Part shown: in pieces, positions 50,542 through 62,493 of the stretch
Position numbering within the stretch: position 1 is the stretch's first letter
Layout: each line of letters begins with the position of its first letter
Assembly (NCBI GenBank): GCA_001949185.1
Contig: BDGG01000013.1
Coordinates: 1 to 64,000, forward strand
DNA length: 64,000 bases
Source of the DNA: Ramazzottius varieornatus
Taxonomy: Eukaryota; Animalia; Tardigrada
Reading direction: 5' to 3'
Program-made: the position numbers and the translations under genes
The notes under the pieces: generated by a model
What the model was told of the DNA's origin: nothing
The model's input: only the letters and a program-made list of their open reading frames with translations
The model's database searches: none

Positions 50542-51062
50542 TCAACTCCGATTGCACGCCACCTGTCGCGCAACTTCCTCCTGTAAAATCGTTCCTCATG
50601 TCAACATTATGAGTATATAGGGTATAGAAATATAGGGATATGCTCAGCGTAATAACGGAAATCCAAAAAGCAAAGTACGAACGAGTTACACCTTGGCAAA
50701 CGAACACAGAACGATTCTTTCCCAAGTGGCGCACAGCCTTGGTGATATTGGCAGAAAGCGTGCGCCACTTGGGAAGAGGTCCAATCGAGATTTTGGCCAG
50801 CTGCCACATTCTTTACCTGGATCAGTTGTTGTAATCGAAGGTGGAAGACATCGTTGGCGTAGGAGGAAGTACATGCTAGTGGTAACTTAGACAAATCACT
50901 TGCGGAGAGCGCCGGCATGGAGGAGCGCTTGCCGTGACCCCAGCCGGTACTGAAGCTCAACTGGGCCTCGGCTGTCGGCAGCAACACCTGTAGAACCACC
51001 AGGGCCAATAAGGTGGCCAACAGGATCCCCCTCAATGCGCTAAATACGGTGGAATTGGCCAT
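50542..51062 (-). CDS. Akh: Adipokinetic hormone (AKH/ACP, GnRH superfamily) precursor (exons 51062-50817, 50580-50542)
   Basis: Signal peptide, then QLSFSTGWGH-G-KR (pGlu, F4, W8, amidation and dibasic site), then an associated peptide with two Cys ending EEVARQVACNRS. Confidence 0.9.
50700..50808. repeat. GTGGCGCAC-cassette element, single unit, AKH intron
   Basis: TTCCCAAGTGGCGCAC-N25-GTGCGCCACTTGGGAA, perfect 16 bp arms. Confidence 0.8.
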
Positions 51063-52155
51063 GTCGAAAAGGGTGGTGGCGCAAAACTAGTGAAGCAAAG
51101 AGAAGAGATAGCCCGGTGTTTGATGACCTGTCCTGATAAAGTCTGGATAATTTTCGGGACGATGGAGATGTTAAGAACGACTAGATACTTTCAGAGAGAT
51201 CATCTGCCTGTCTTATATGTTGAATTCAGAAAAGGCTCTACGCTGGAGCGGTGGCGTCACTGCAAGACGTATGTATGGCGCAGTGACCATCCCGTTTCCG
51301 TTTGTTCAGCGTGGCATATGCAAATGTGAGCGGCCATCAAGCCCAGATCTATTTCCGTATCGGACTTTTGATTCGAGGTGAGATTTCCTCCTCGTTATGG
51401 CGACCATCTGCCATTCATCTTCACCACCTTTGCCCAAGGGTGGATTGGCATAGCACCAATTAGTGATGTTGGCGTAAGGGTACTCCAACCTAATATAATT
51501 TTAATTTAATAAGCCCGCGCTGCCAAGGCTCTGATCTAATCTTAATATAATATGTCCCGACCCCAGGGCATCTAATATGATATTAATATATTAGCTTGCT
51601 TGGTCGAGTTCTTATTATAATATGTTATGATATTTCAGGTGCGTTTTTCAACGGAGTAAGAGAAATCTTCATCCTGTTAATAATAGTTCTGGTGTCGTCG
51701 AAGATTCGAAGCAAAGGAACTTTCTTTCTTACACGGTTTGAAGGGTACACTCCACGTATTCAAATTCAACAACAGAAGTAAGCTTATAAGCTATCAGCTA
51801 GTATAACTGGGAACTCCCGTCTTTTTCGGCTATGTTGGTATTCCTTGACATCTGCTAAAAACGACGACATACCACGCGTTCGAAAAGACTATGCAAAACC
51901 TGAAGGAACAAGTAGCATCTCGCTGAGAACAGCGAGTATGCAGGTGCGCTACCGCGCTCACGATCCTATATTCGCCAATCAAACAAACTGTGTCAATGAG
52001 CCCACCACCCTGAACGTTCACACCTGTGCATGGCGCGCAGGTGCTCGATGCGTTGCACTCGCTGCCGTTCAGCAAGCGTGCGCCTCACTGTCCAGAGCTG
52101 CGCGTTTGCTGCAGACAAAACTCAGGAGCTCTCTTAATCAGCCAAAGCTAAAGTA

Positions 52156-52578
52156 CAGAAGGCTCGGCGAAGCTAAAATAAGCCGCTTCAGCCGTTCTTA
52201 GCCGAGGCTAAAAATATTTTAGCCGCGGCTAAAGCAGATAAAATACTTTTATCCACGGCTAAAGTGTATTAAGCTTCCGATTGATTTATTGATGTTGAGT
52301 TGGCTAAAATAGTTTTGGCATCAATAAATGCATTCTAGCCGTGGCTAAAAATATTTTAGCCGCGGCTAAAGCAGATAAAATACTTTTATCCACGGCTAAA
52401 GTGTATTAAGCTTCCGATTGATTTATTGATGTTGAGTTGGCTAAAATAGTTTTGGCATCAATAAATGCATTCTAGCCGTGGCTAAAAGTATTTTAGCTGC
52501 TTTAGCCGCGGCTAAAATATTTTTAGCCACGGCTAAGAACGGCTGAAACGGCTTATTTTAGCTTCGCCGAGCCTTCTA
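52156..52578. mobile_element. TA-flanked MITE with long TIRs and an internal ~137 bp tandem duplication
   Basis: CAGAAGGCTCGGCGAAGCTAAAATAAGCCG... mirrored at the right end; TA on both sides; dense GGCTAAA/TTTAGCC motifs. Confidence 0.85.
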
Positions 52579-53240
52579 TAATTCCCACCCGGCTCCTCTC
52601 TGCTCTTTGCCTATCTCGCCTTATCGTGGGGTTTCTTTGTGTGCTTACAAGTTCTTGTACTGTTGAACGCAACTGCGGTGGTTCTTCCCGCAAAATGCCG
52701 AATCGTTCCCTGTCAATTCGAGGTCTCATGTAGCCTCGAGAACATACGGGTAGATCTTTATAAGTTGGACGGATTTTGATCTTAATAAAAAAATGAGTAA
52801 TGCTTTCACTTCTTCGAAAAAGGCGGTGTGTAAAAATATTGTGGAGGCGACTCGCTCCAGAAGGAGCACGGCGCTGAAGACATGAACCAGACGTAATCAA
52901 GGAGTCTTCGCGAAACCAACATGCAGTGTACTTCAGGCTGGTTTGTTCGCGGGTGGAAAATTCTAGTATATTTTCGCTAATGCTATTCTGCTGGAAAAAC
53001 TATCTAATTCAGGAGAAAAACTTCGCTTTCAAGCTTGTGAACATAGTTGGATCTGTGAGCGATAACATTGCTGCTAACTTAGTGGGTAAGAAAAATGTTC
53101 CGAGTATCTTCTGAACTATTTTTAGTTCATCCGTCCACAACGTGTTAGAGCCGTCCGTTCGTTTTAATAATCAGTCCCAGCGTACTGCTTCCATAAAACA
53201 ATTTGATGAGGAAACGTAGTAGGTTTGCCCGTTTGATATA

Positions 53241-53498
53241 CAGTAATAATTCTCACTTCTTGAATACGTCAGACGAGTGGTTTTTACATGGTTAAGCGAG
53301 ATGGTTGGGTAGTTTGCGTATGGCATACACATACATTATCTGACGTCACGTGACAGCTTGCTGTGCTGTAAAGCAGCATCTTGGGCCTTTTTCTACGTAT
53401 GCTTGAAAGTCCACTGAAAGTAAACTCAGATGTTCACCACACAGTCTCTGTTAACCTGGGTTTTCTGTGACGTATCTGAGAGGTGAGAATTATCACTG
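53241..53498. mobile_element. Tc1/mariner-type MITE
   Basis: TA|CAGTAATAATTCTCAC ... GTGAGAATTATCACTG|TA. Confidence 0.7.
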
Positions 53499-53809
53499 TA
53501 AATAATTTAACTGACGTTCCCATAATGCATGATTTTCCATAGCTCACAACGATCAAACGATCATTGTTGTTTTGAAGAGACATTCACAAAAATCAAAGAT
53601 GAAGACATGAACTGATCAATGGAGCTGGAGTTTGAAAATTGACAGGTAGTAGCGACTTTACCAGGAATTTCCAAAATCCGTCCTGCGTATAGGGATCACC
53701 CTGTATACAAGACCGAATATTCGTATGATGCAATTGGTTTAGTTAATGCCAAGAGCGATCTATACAATACAGTAAGTACACACAAGCCTGGACAACTAGC
53801 CGTACAACG

Positions 53810-54476
53810 AAACGGTTTCTGAGCTCACCCTAAATCTTTGAGTTTCACTCTTCTATCAGTATACGACAGAACAGACCCTGTGGCACTTTCGTCAAGCAGA
53901 AGACCCAGCGGAATGGCGCTCTTCAGAGTCTTCACACGTGAAAAAGTTTCGAGATGAACGGCGTTCACTGTGTCCGCTACAAGAGCATACTTGCTAGCCA
54001 CGGGCGTAAGTCTACCTGACCACCAGATCTGACCGTTAATCGAATGCCGTAAACACAACCCTGCTGTAAATGGTTTCTGTTGCTTCAGATTAACCAAACA
54101 ATCATTCTGAAGTTTCGCCGAATTTTCGTGGTTTGTTGCCTGGTAGGATTATACAGTACACCACTGCATACACCACTGCACAGAGATCAAGTCAAAATGT
54201 GTGTTTGGTTCATCTGAAACAGCACAAACCTTCTAAAGTAGTTCTGTCGTCGACAGTACCAACTGTGGTCAAGTCTGGTGGTAAGGCAGATGCACGCCGG
54301 TGACTAGAAAGTATGCTCTCGTAATGGACCCAGTGAACGCCGTTCATGTCGAAATTTTTCCCGGTGAAGAGTGATATTCCGCCAGGTCGTCTGCTTGATG
54401 AAAGTTGCCTAAGGGTCTGTTCTGTCGCAGAAAAGAGCAAAACTCAAAGATTTCGGGGTGAGTTGAGAAAGCGTTC
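53810..54476. repeat. Degenerate fold-back element with ~250 bp inverted arms
   Basis: 53825-54035 is an approximate reverse complement of 54268-54462 (e.g. GAACGGCGTTCACTG / CAGTGAACGCCGTTC). Confidence 0.7.
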
Positions 54477-54741
54477 CCTTGTTAGTCTATCGAAGATTTT
54501 CAAGAGGAGAATCCCAAGCAGGCAGAAATCACTGAGCAAGCAGAAACCATTGCGCGCACACCGTATAATATGTAGGCGATGGGTTGCTACAATAGCAGTT
54601 ATGGAACCCGTACCAGTAGATACGAAAACCGGCAAAGTTGGAGCCGTATTTCTTTGTAATAAGATAAGCTGAGTACAGCCTTTCAACTTCTGTCCATAGC
54701 CAAAAGACAGGATCAGGCGACATAGATCTAGTCTACTTTCT

Positions 54742-55408
54742 TCAGCTGACTGACCCGGCTGCTGCTTCACCATGCATTGCAGCTAACAGCTTGGCCAAAG
54801 GTCCGCCGGGCGCGACAGTTGTAGCTGCCGCAGCAGGATGAAGAGCCTGCAGCAAGTTTAAGAGTTGCGGTAAATGTGCTCCACTGAGAGCTGGTACAGC
54901 CGCAGGTGCTGCCGCTGCTGGCTTGGGGGCTCCCGAGGGATTGAGGATATTGAGAATGTTCAGCAGGCCCTGCAGCTTGGAAGCCGGCGAAGCTTGAGCG
55001 TCCATATCGGCGGGAGGCGGTGGCGTGTTTGATCCGCTGGCCACACGGCCAGCTCCGCCATTGAATTGAAGTCCGGCATAGCGCTTCGTGGTGCGCCGGC
55101 GCGTGGTTAACCGAGCGGCGCGAGAGACCGGGCTTGATCGTGTTTTGGCAGCTGCTCTGAGACCTACTTGCTCATCCTCTGTCCCGGAAGCGGCAGCCTG
55201 AAATCAGAGAATTCGAATGGCACCCCATTCTTGTTACCCGATACGCTCTGACCGACCACAGGACCGAAGCTGGTAAAAAAGCCAAACGGAAAAGGCTGCA
55301 AGGATGCATTTTGTAAACTGTAGAACTGTCTGTACTCACCAAGTGGAGACATAATATCACTCCAAACAAGAGGAAAGCTACAAGTCTTTTGTGCTGGCCG
55401 TCAAACAT
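54742..55408 (-). CDS. Orphan secreted Ala/Pro/Leu-rich precursor-like protein (exons 55408-55340, 55197-54742; ~174 aa)
   Basis: Signal-like MFDGQHKRLVAFLLFGVILCLHL, an in-phase GTGAGT...TTTCAG intron, an RRRTTKR basic site and an open frame to the stop at 54742. Confidence 0.6.
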
Positions 55409-56202
55409 CTTGACGGAAGTCGGGAAAAGTGGGGTGGGACAGACCAGCTGACGTGTATGGGTTGGCACGCTGCTTGGTGGTACGATCAGACCAGCAATAA
55501 TTTGGAAAAAAGTTACATAAAGTCAATATGAAAAAATGGACCGGTGCAGTCTCTTGTCAGGGAAACGCGCCAGTTCACACCAATGACGGTCCCGAGGTGC
55601 GAAGTACTAACGCAGTCGGTCATAGCTCTTCAACCGGAAGGTCATTGACGCTTCCGCCATTGGTAACATTCTTTCTTTTCCCAAAATAGCGGAACGTGTG
55701 CTGACACGTTCCGCCATAGTTCTGAGCTCTGCGAAAGTTGCAGTGTCCAATCCAGAAAGAGCTGAGTGAGGCTTCTGCAGTCGAGAGTAAATGCACGTTT
55801 TGTCGAGCATCGCTGTTTCTGCAGTCCATGTGCATGGAATCGTCTGGCTGTCGTCGTTTCGCATGCTACTACACAGTCCGCTCGCTTGTTTGAAATCCCA
55901 ATTGGCCAAAGAGTTGACATTGGCCAGGTTCTCATTTACCAGGTTTGGCCAAAAATTTAACCATTTGGCTGGACCAAAGCTTGGCCCAGTCCACTCTAAG
56001 CCTGCTGAACATTCACAACACTGCTCGCAACCCACAGGCGGAAATGACATGCACTGTACATATCACCTACATTATACTGATTACACCAGTGTTGCATTTA
56101 GTTTCTGTCCAATATTTAGTTTCTCTTTTCGTCGGACTGAATTCTTATTGGTCTCACTGTATATCAGTCTATTCGGACTGAGCTCCTATAGCTGAAGTTA
56201 TA

Positions 56203-56662
56203 CAGTTGCTCCAAAACTTATTCGCCACCACCCCCTCTTCTGCTGAAATCGTTGTAGCTTCTCATCCAGAAGGCCGATTTTCTTACTTCAAAACACCTTC
56301 GATATCTAGATGTTTGGTCTCTACAGTAACGTCATGCTGGCCATCGGCAATCAATAAATCAAGTCGGCAAAAAATTCTAAAAAATAGGCCAAGACTACTT
56401 CTCTTTTGAGACGCGATTCCAGTTTCAGAGATGGTTAGTGGCCAATTGATTTGCCGACTTGATTTACCGACTTGATTTATTCATTGCTGGTGGCCAGCAT
56501 GACGTCACTGTAGAGACCAAACATCTAGATATCGAAGGTACTTTGAAGTAAGAAAATCTGGCTTCTGGATGAGGAGCTACAACGATTTCAGCAGAAGAGG
56601 GGGTCGTGGCGAAGAGGGGGTCGTGGCGAAGAGGGGGTGGCGAATAAATTTTTGAGCAACTG
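56203..56662. mobile_element. Tc1/mariner-type palindromic MITE
   Basis: TA|CAGTTGCTC...GAGCAACTG|TA with ~150 bp inverted arms. The right arm has an expanded 17 bp repeat GAAGAGGGGGTCGTGGC. Confidence 0.88.
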
Positions 56663-57904
56663 TATATCAGTCTCAGTCATACTGAAATGGCTCAGTTTTT
56701 CAAATTATCAGTTTCCGTCTGGACGAAATCAATCCAGTCTCGACATTCAGTTTCAGTCTCGAGAATAAAATTCAGTGTTGGATCGTTTCAGCTCGGATAT
56801 TCCGTCCCCATATCAGTCCAATAAAAATTTTGTTCTCACTGACAAATCTATTGTGGTAGATGTGATGGGATGTTTCTGAATAATTGAAATGAAGCAAAAC
56901 GGGCCGGAAGCTTGCAGAGTGATTTCAGTGATGTCCGCACGTCTGGCCGGATTCTTTTGGTACAAATCCATATTTTGGAACGCCTCACAAGACTGCCAGT
57001 TCGAGGAATTGGGAAATGATGTCCCTCGCAACAGAAATTATATCCAGTACGTTTCCTCTCTCGATGCTCAAGGGAACGTGTGTTACCACAGCAGGCGGGG
57101 GGTTAACTCCAGGCGTAATTAAGAGCCTAACTCGAGACCAGGGAGCTATTTCCTCCGTATCCAGCGGCTTAGCTGGCTCCATTATCATGACTTGCCGCCA
57201 GACTGCATGGGCGTGATTCAGCACTGTCGCATAGCCACTACACTGTCAAAAGTCGAAGCCCCCGGGGGTTGGTAGGGTATAGTCACCGGACCGGGGTTTA
57301 AGTCCACGCGTACGATCACATGATTCGCGAAGTTCAAGAAGCATTACAGTAGTGTTTAGTCTGTTGAAGAACAGTTTTAGTCCCGCTATATTACTGTAGT
57401 TTCAGTCGTGTAGACATTGGGTTTCACCCTGTCCCATGTGCTGCTTCGTGCAACAAAGGGAACTTGCTGAGAAAGTCCAGGCACAACAAAATCAGAACCA
57501 CGACTGCCGAATGATTCCGCGGCAAAGATGGCATGGAGGGGCTGCGAAGAAGTTCCCTGTGTCAGAGAGAATGGCAGTTATAGGTGTATCGACATCATCA
57601 TCGGTGACCGAGGTCAACGAATACCGCACAAGTGGAAGTGACTGGTGGATTTTTGTACTCGATTTTATCTTGTCGAAAGATTTTACCATTGGTGCTGAAA
57701 TTCTCGCGCGGAATTCTGCATAACCGTCCTTGAAACCAGTATTCCACGCTGTGTCTGTGAATTGCTTGTCTATTTTGTTTCTGTAGAACTCTGAAATTTG
57801 AACAAAGTGTTTCTTTCTTATACCGGTTGACTGATTCTAGCAGACAGCCTCCATGTGGCATTCCAAAATTGTGTTTGATCTGTGCAAAATTGAAATAGAA
57901 GCAT

Positions 57905-58094
57905 CAAGGAAATTATGGACGAGTACGAATTATGGGCCAGGCGGAAAAGACGGCAAAACAGTTATTCAAGCGTAGAAAAGTGTCGCAAAATGCCTTAGTG
58001 TATATTAGTCGCAAAGGCAGTTTCTTCCCTACGGCCGTAGGAAAAGGCCTGTTCCACTCTTCTTACTAGCCCATAATTACCCATCGTGCGTGTA
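57905..58094. mobile_element. Internally deleted or degenerate copy of the 60816-61444 MITE family
   Basis: Shares TATGGGNCAGGCGGAAANGACGGCAAA and the right end TTACCCATCGTGCGTG|TA. Confidence 0.65.
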
Positions 58095-58302
58095 CAACTT
58101 GAGTTATCACAAGACCCATCGAATCTGACATCGTGTCATTCCACACTTCATTCTTCCCGTCTTATTTTTTACCAGCTGTGGCTATAGTTTCTGGAAATTG
58201 TAGTGACCGCAGAGTGTCATACAGCAGGAATTATAGCCGAAAAAGGTGTGCAACAATTTCCGCACAAGATAAACGGCAGTGGCAGTAACTAAACTCTCCG
58301 TT

Positions 58303-59652
58303 TTAATCTCCCCCTTCTGCACTTCCGCCAAAATGCATCATTTGCGGTGGTCTCTGCTGCTGATGCATGGGTCTTCCTTGCCCACCCAAATACATCTCCA
58401 GCAGTCTCGCATATTCACCTGTCAAGCAAAATGTCTTGTTAGCCACGTGACTGACATTGATTGAAGCTGTCCTTTAACGATAATCTGCGTCGACATGGGC
58501 GCTGACCAGGTGGAGGGCGGTGATGGGAGGTTGACCGTGTTCTGGTCGAACGTCTTCTAGTCGTGCTGTGCCGCGAAGTCCGCCGAGTTTCCGCTGCCTC
58601 TGCCGGTTGCTTGGGCAGGTTTCCATACCCTATTGAAAATGTACAAAGGCTCGATCAGGTTGGGCAAGATGGCTGCAGCTGAAACATTGCCATCTACAGT
58701 TTTCGATCTGATTCATACCAAGGTCGCTGGCTATAGCGTTGTATATCTCGGATTCTAGCTCGCTCAAAACCTGCACTTGGGGAAGATCGGTGGTGGTCGT
58801 TGTATTGGGCGAACTTGTCCGTGTTGGTGTTGGTGTTGCCGTCCTTAGTCTCACTGATGCCGAGGTTGGCATCATGGGGTGTACGGCCAGCTGCTTCTGG
58901 ACAGCTTTTCTCGCCGACCTTTGGGACTGAGGCTGGCTGATCTCCCCAACTGGCTCTTCCGCATCGCTGAGAAGCTCAATTTCGCTTGTCGTGGTGGGTT
59001 CCGTGGAGTGAGGTACAAGTACAGGAGATGCGCTCAACGTACTACTTTTTGAAGTGCTTGTCAAAGACGTGATGGGCGCATACGTAAGGGCACGGCTCGT
59101 ACTACTGGGATGGGTGGGAGATTTGACCGTCTTGGTACTGGAGGCGACTCTGTGCATCGGAGTTACTTTGGACGGTGGAAGATGCGTAGTCATGTTCATT
59201 GAAGCGGAAACGGATGGACGCGTTGCAGTGGCTGGATATAACCTATTCGGGGAGCTGAATGAGCTAGAATGCCAGGTGACAGGGGCCGGCAGGTCTGAGG
59301 GATGAGGGCCTTCTTCTGCCTGTGATGTCAGCTGAGTACGGCCAAACTTGGTTGTACTTCTAACAGTTCCTGCACGCTGCTTAGTGGCGCCCTGGACGGC
59401 TCCATGACTTTCTCTTCCACCGCTGAGCGATAACTGTAAGAAAACTACTGGATCGGCGTGCGATACATATGGCAGGGCGTTAGAGAAATATTGGCAAGGT
59501 ACCTTCCAATTAGCCAGCTGGTGCAGCAGCCAGCTGCGGACCTGAAGCTTTGGCGGACTGGCAGTGGAGCTGAAACCTTCAGCTAGGTCCGATACACAAA
59601 CGACAAGGAGACCACAAAGAAGCAAGTATGACATCAGCTGTGATGGAAGCAT
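58303..59652 (-). CDS. Orphan secreted Ser/Thr/Pro-rich (mucin-like) protein, multi-exon; 3' exons tentative
   Basis: Signal-like MLPSQLMSYLLLCGLLVVCVSDLAEG, a long S/T/P-rich ORF and plausible GT-AG introns near 59540-59433, 58718-58630 and ~58455-58419. Confidence 0.55.
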
Positions 59653-60815
59653 GATGTGAGCCAGGGGAGCTTGGTGATGACAGCTGCCTGAAAACCTTGC
59701 GCGCCACGATACCGGCCACTTCGACCCACATTGTCTAGTCACATGACCACTCTTGAAGCTGGACTAGCAAGCCAGGCAACTTCATGCAAGTAGGCTTGTC
59801 CAGCATTACTGCTAAAAGAGTCGCTGGTGGGCCCTAGCTGGAAAGCACTACTAAGCAGAGCCACCTCATCAGAGCTGTCAAGAGCTGAGGCGTGCCGAAA
59901 TTTACTTGCTGCACTTGAGCACCTGCTGTACACGTACGATGGGGAAGTTTGGGCCAGCGAACGTTTGGACCAAGCGATTCCGAAACAGCGGAACGGAAGA
60001 ACGGACATGTTTGCGCAATTCACGCCCTGCACTGCACCGCTCGACGATACTCTACGGTTGAATTTCAGTTTGCCGTCTTTTCCGTCTGGTCCAAACTTTT
60101 TACTGGCCCATACTTTCTCATGGTACGCGTAATGCAATCTATAACCGTTGCAGTAAAAGTCACGTATCGCTAAGCTATGGAGATTTTTCATCCTGTGTCC
60201 GCGGAACCTTCCTTGCAAGTGATACATACCTGCAGACAGTGATACAAACCTGGAGACACTTCAAGGTTCCTACAGCACTTCGACCACGTATATGAGATCC
60301 GTTTGCATGCCGAGACTGCACTCGCCTGCAAACAGGAAATGAGAGCGCGCTGGGTAAAAGTAATCCAGAAATATCCGTTCACCCGGCGCCGGCAAGCACC
60401 TCCTGGTGCAAAGGCCCTGCACTACGTCGAGGTGGCTCGACCAACGCCTTAGGACATCCGTTGGCATTTACCGCACACCAATTATCCCAGTTCATTCTGC
60501 GAGATCAGCTAACGTAGATCCGGTATCGACACCGCTGCTTGATGTTCGCTTCGGGGACCTTCACATTCAATTGCTTACTTATGGCAAAAGCCAATAAGTC
60601 GCGAGAAAACTTCGCACGTTGCAGTGCTATGAAAACTTCGCACGTTGCAAATATGAGTGATATGCTTTATTCACAAAAAATACATTTTCTTCAAGAGAAG
60701 GTAATGAAAACAGGAAACCTAATCATAATTAACAAATGACAAGGACAAGGTTTTCACCTTTTTGAGATTCGAAACATAAGATATCTCTTAAAGTCGTTTG
60801 ATCTCCTTCGCTGTA

Positions 60816-61444
60816 CACGCACGATGGGTAAGTACGGGGCAGTAAAAAGTATGGGACAGGCGGAAAGGACGGCAAATCTACATCTTGAATGCGAGCCAGC
60901 GATGAAAATCGAGCCTATGACGTAACGCAGGGAAATTTAACCGTAGAAAATTGTAATGGACAGTGCCCATTAGCCGATCAGCTGTTTGACTTTTGCGCTT
61001 CGAGCCTGCGGATTGTTTATTACTTTCTCCCAGAGACGCTCTCGAATTCATCTCGTTTCTGTTTCCATAATGTCCCAGCCCTTCAAGACCAAGTGACCTC
61101 GACAGTACACCGAGAAAGCCCTGAAGGACGTCCTTCCTGCTATCCAGAATAGGATGGGACTACGAAAGGCAGCTCGACTGTTTAAATTCCAAGTTCTATT
61201 GTGACTGAAGATTCTATGTTTGGCATGATATGCTCCTGCGACTGTTGAAAGTATGGTAGTTCCGGCGAAACAGATCTACTGTATTTGCTGTTATAAATCG
61301 ACCTTCAGCTCTCTGGCGTAATACTCAGCACGTACGTACAGCAAAGCTGGTTTCTACTTATAGTAAGAACCACCTGCCCGTGCCGCCGTTGCGAAAACAC
61401 CTGTCCCATTCTTTTTACTGTCCCATACTTACCCATCGTGCGTG
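60816..61444. mobile_element. TA-flanked MITE
   Basis: TA|CACGCACGATGGGTAAGTACGGGGCAGTAAAAAG ... CTTTTTACTGTCCCATACTTACCCATCGTGCGTG|TA. Confidence 0.85.
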
Positions 61445-61504
61445 TACCCATGACGCGAAAATCATTACGCTTTGTATGTCAAGAGACAAACGTCGTTTGA
61501 AATA

Positions 61505-62060
61505 CACCAAGCGGCATATCCTCATGATCGGTCCGACCCAACAGAAAGACAGAGGACAGTCTTACGCATAGTTTGAGCTTGGGGTTTCAGCACGGCCTTG
61601 TACAGGGCCTCAAAAATTTTGGCCTCCCGCGAGTAGACGAGTCTACTGGCCGGCCCGCGCTTGGTTCGAGCTGCCAAACTAGGACTACCGGCTCCAAGTT
61701 GCTGCAGTAACGCAAAGCTCTTTGATTGAAAATTTTGATTGACTGCGAATTGTTCACCCCAACAGCTGTTTCGACATGTTGCGACCGGATGGCCTCGCCA
61801 TTCTGCGCGCCCAGCGTGCTGTGGTATACCGTTCTGTGACGGGATGTCGAAACAGCTCTTCGGGTGAACAACTCGCAGTCAATCAAACTTTTCAATCAAA
61901 GAGCTTTGCGTCACTGCAGCAACTTGGAGCCGGTAGTCCCAGATTCCGCAGAATCGTCCAGTATTTATATTCGGACTAGTTTGACAGCTCAAACTATACG
62001 CAACACTCTCCTCTATCTTTCTGTTGGGTCAGTTTGATCAACAGGATATACCGCTTGGCG
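61505..62060. mobile_element. TA-flanked palindromic MITE
   Basis: TA|CACCAAGCGGCATATCCT ... AGGATATACCGCTTGGCG|TA, plus an internal ~50 bp inverted repeat (61682-61731 / 61890-61940). Confidence 0.8.
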
Positions 62061-62298
62061 TAATTTCCTTGTGAGAAGGTCTACTTCGGACTCTTCAAGC
62101 TTCTTCCCGATCGCGTTGATTAGCTCCGTTGCAGCTAGCTTCGATGATCCGCAGGTAGCAAACCCCGATCAGAGCACAAGGTCCTGAGCGTCACTACCTT
62201 GATACCTCTGAATTTTCCTCTTTACCGGGTCTTCGGCTGCAGCTCAGTATGAACCACGGTTCCGTCGCAGACTGATTCTTTCCCATTCTTCCAAGGTA

Positions 62299-62493
62299 CA
62301 GTGTGGGCAATTAAGTTACTCTAAAAGGGGGAGGGCCAAAATCGAGTTTTCGACAAGTGACGTAGAAACTCCGGCTCGAAGTAATCAGCAAATCAAGTGG
62401 CAGTTCACGTCTCTGGATTGCAGCTTGATCAGCTGTTTGCTTTCTGCGTCACGTCGATTTTGGCCTCTTAGAGTACCTTATTTGCCTACACTG
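62299..62493. mobile_element. Short Tc1-type MITE
   Basis: TA|CAGTGTGGGCAATTAAGTTACTCT ... AGAGTACCTTATTTGCCTACACTG|TA. Confidence 0.75.

Noticed and set aside
53825-54773. Short ORFs as genes
   Set aside because: They largely overlap the two arms of a fold-back repeat and have no recognisable domain.
55607-57861. Cys/Trp-containing ORF fragments as a gene
   Set aside because: I could not build a consistent exon chain or recognise a domain. They may be a decayed gene interrupted by a MITE.
59739-60600. ORFs upstream of the mucin-like gene
   Set aside because: No recognisable domain and no supported splice structure.
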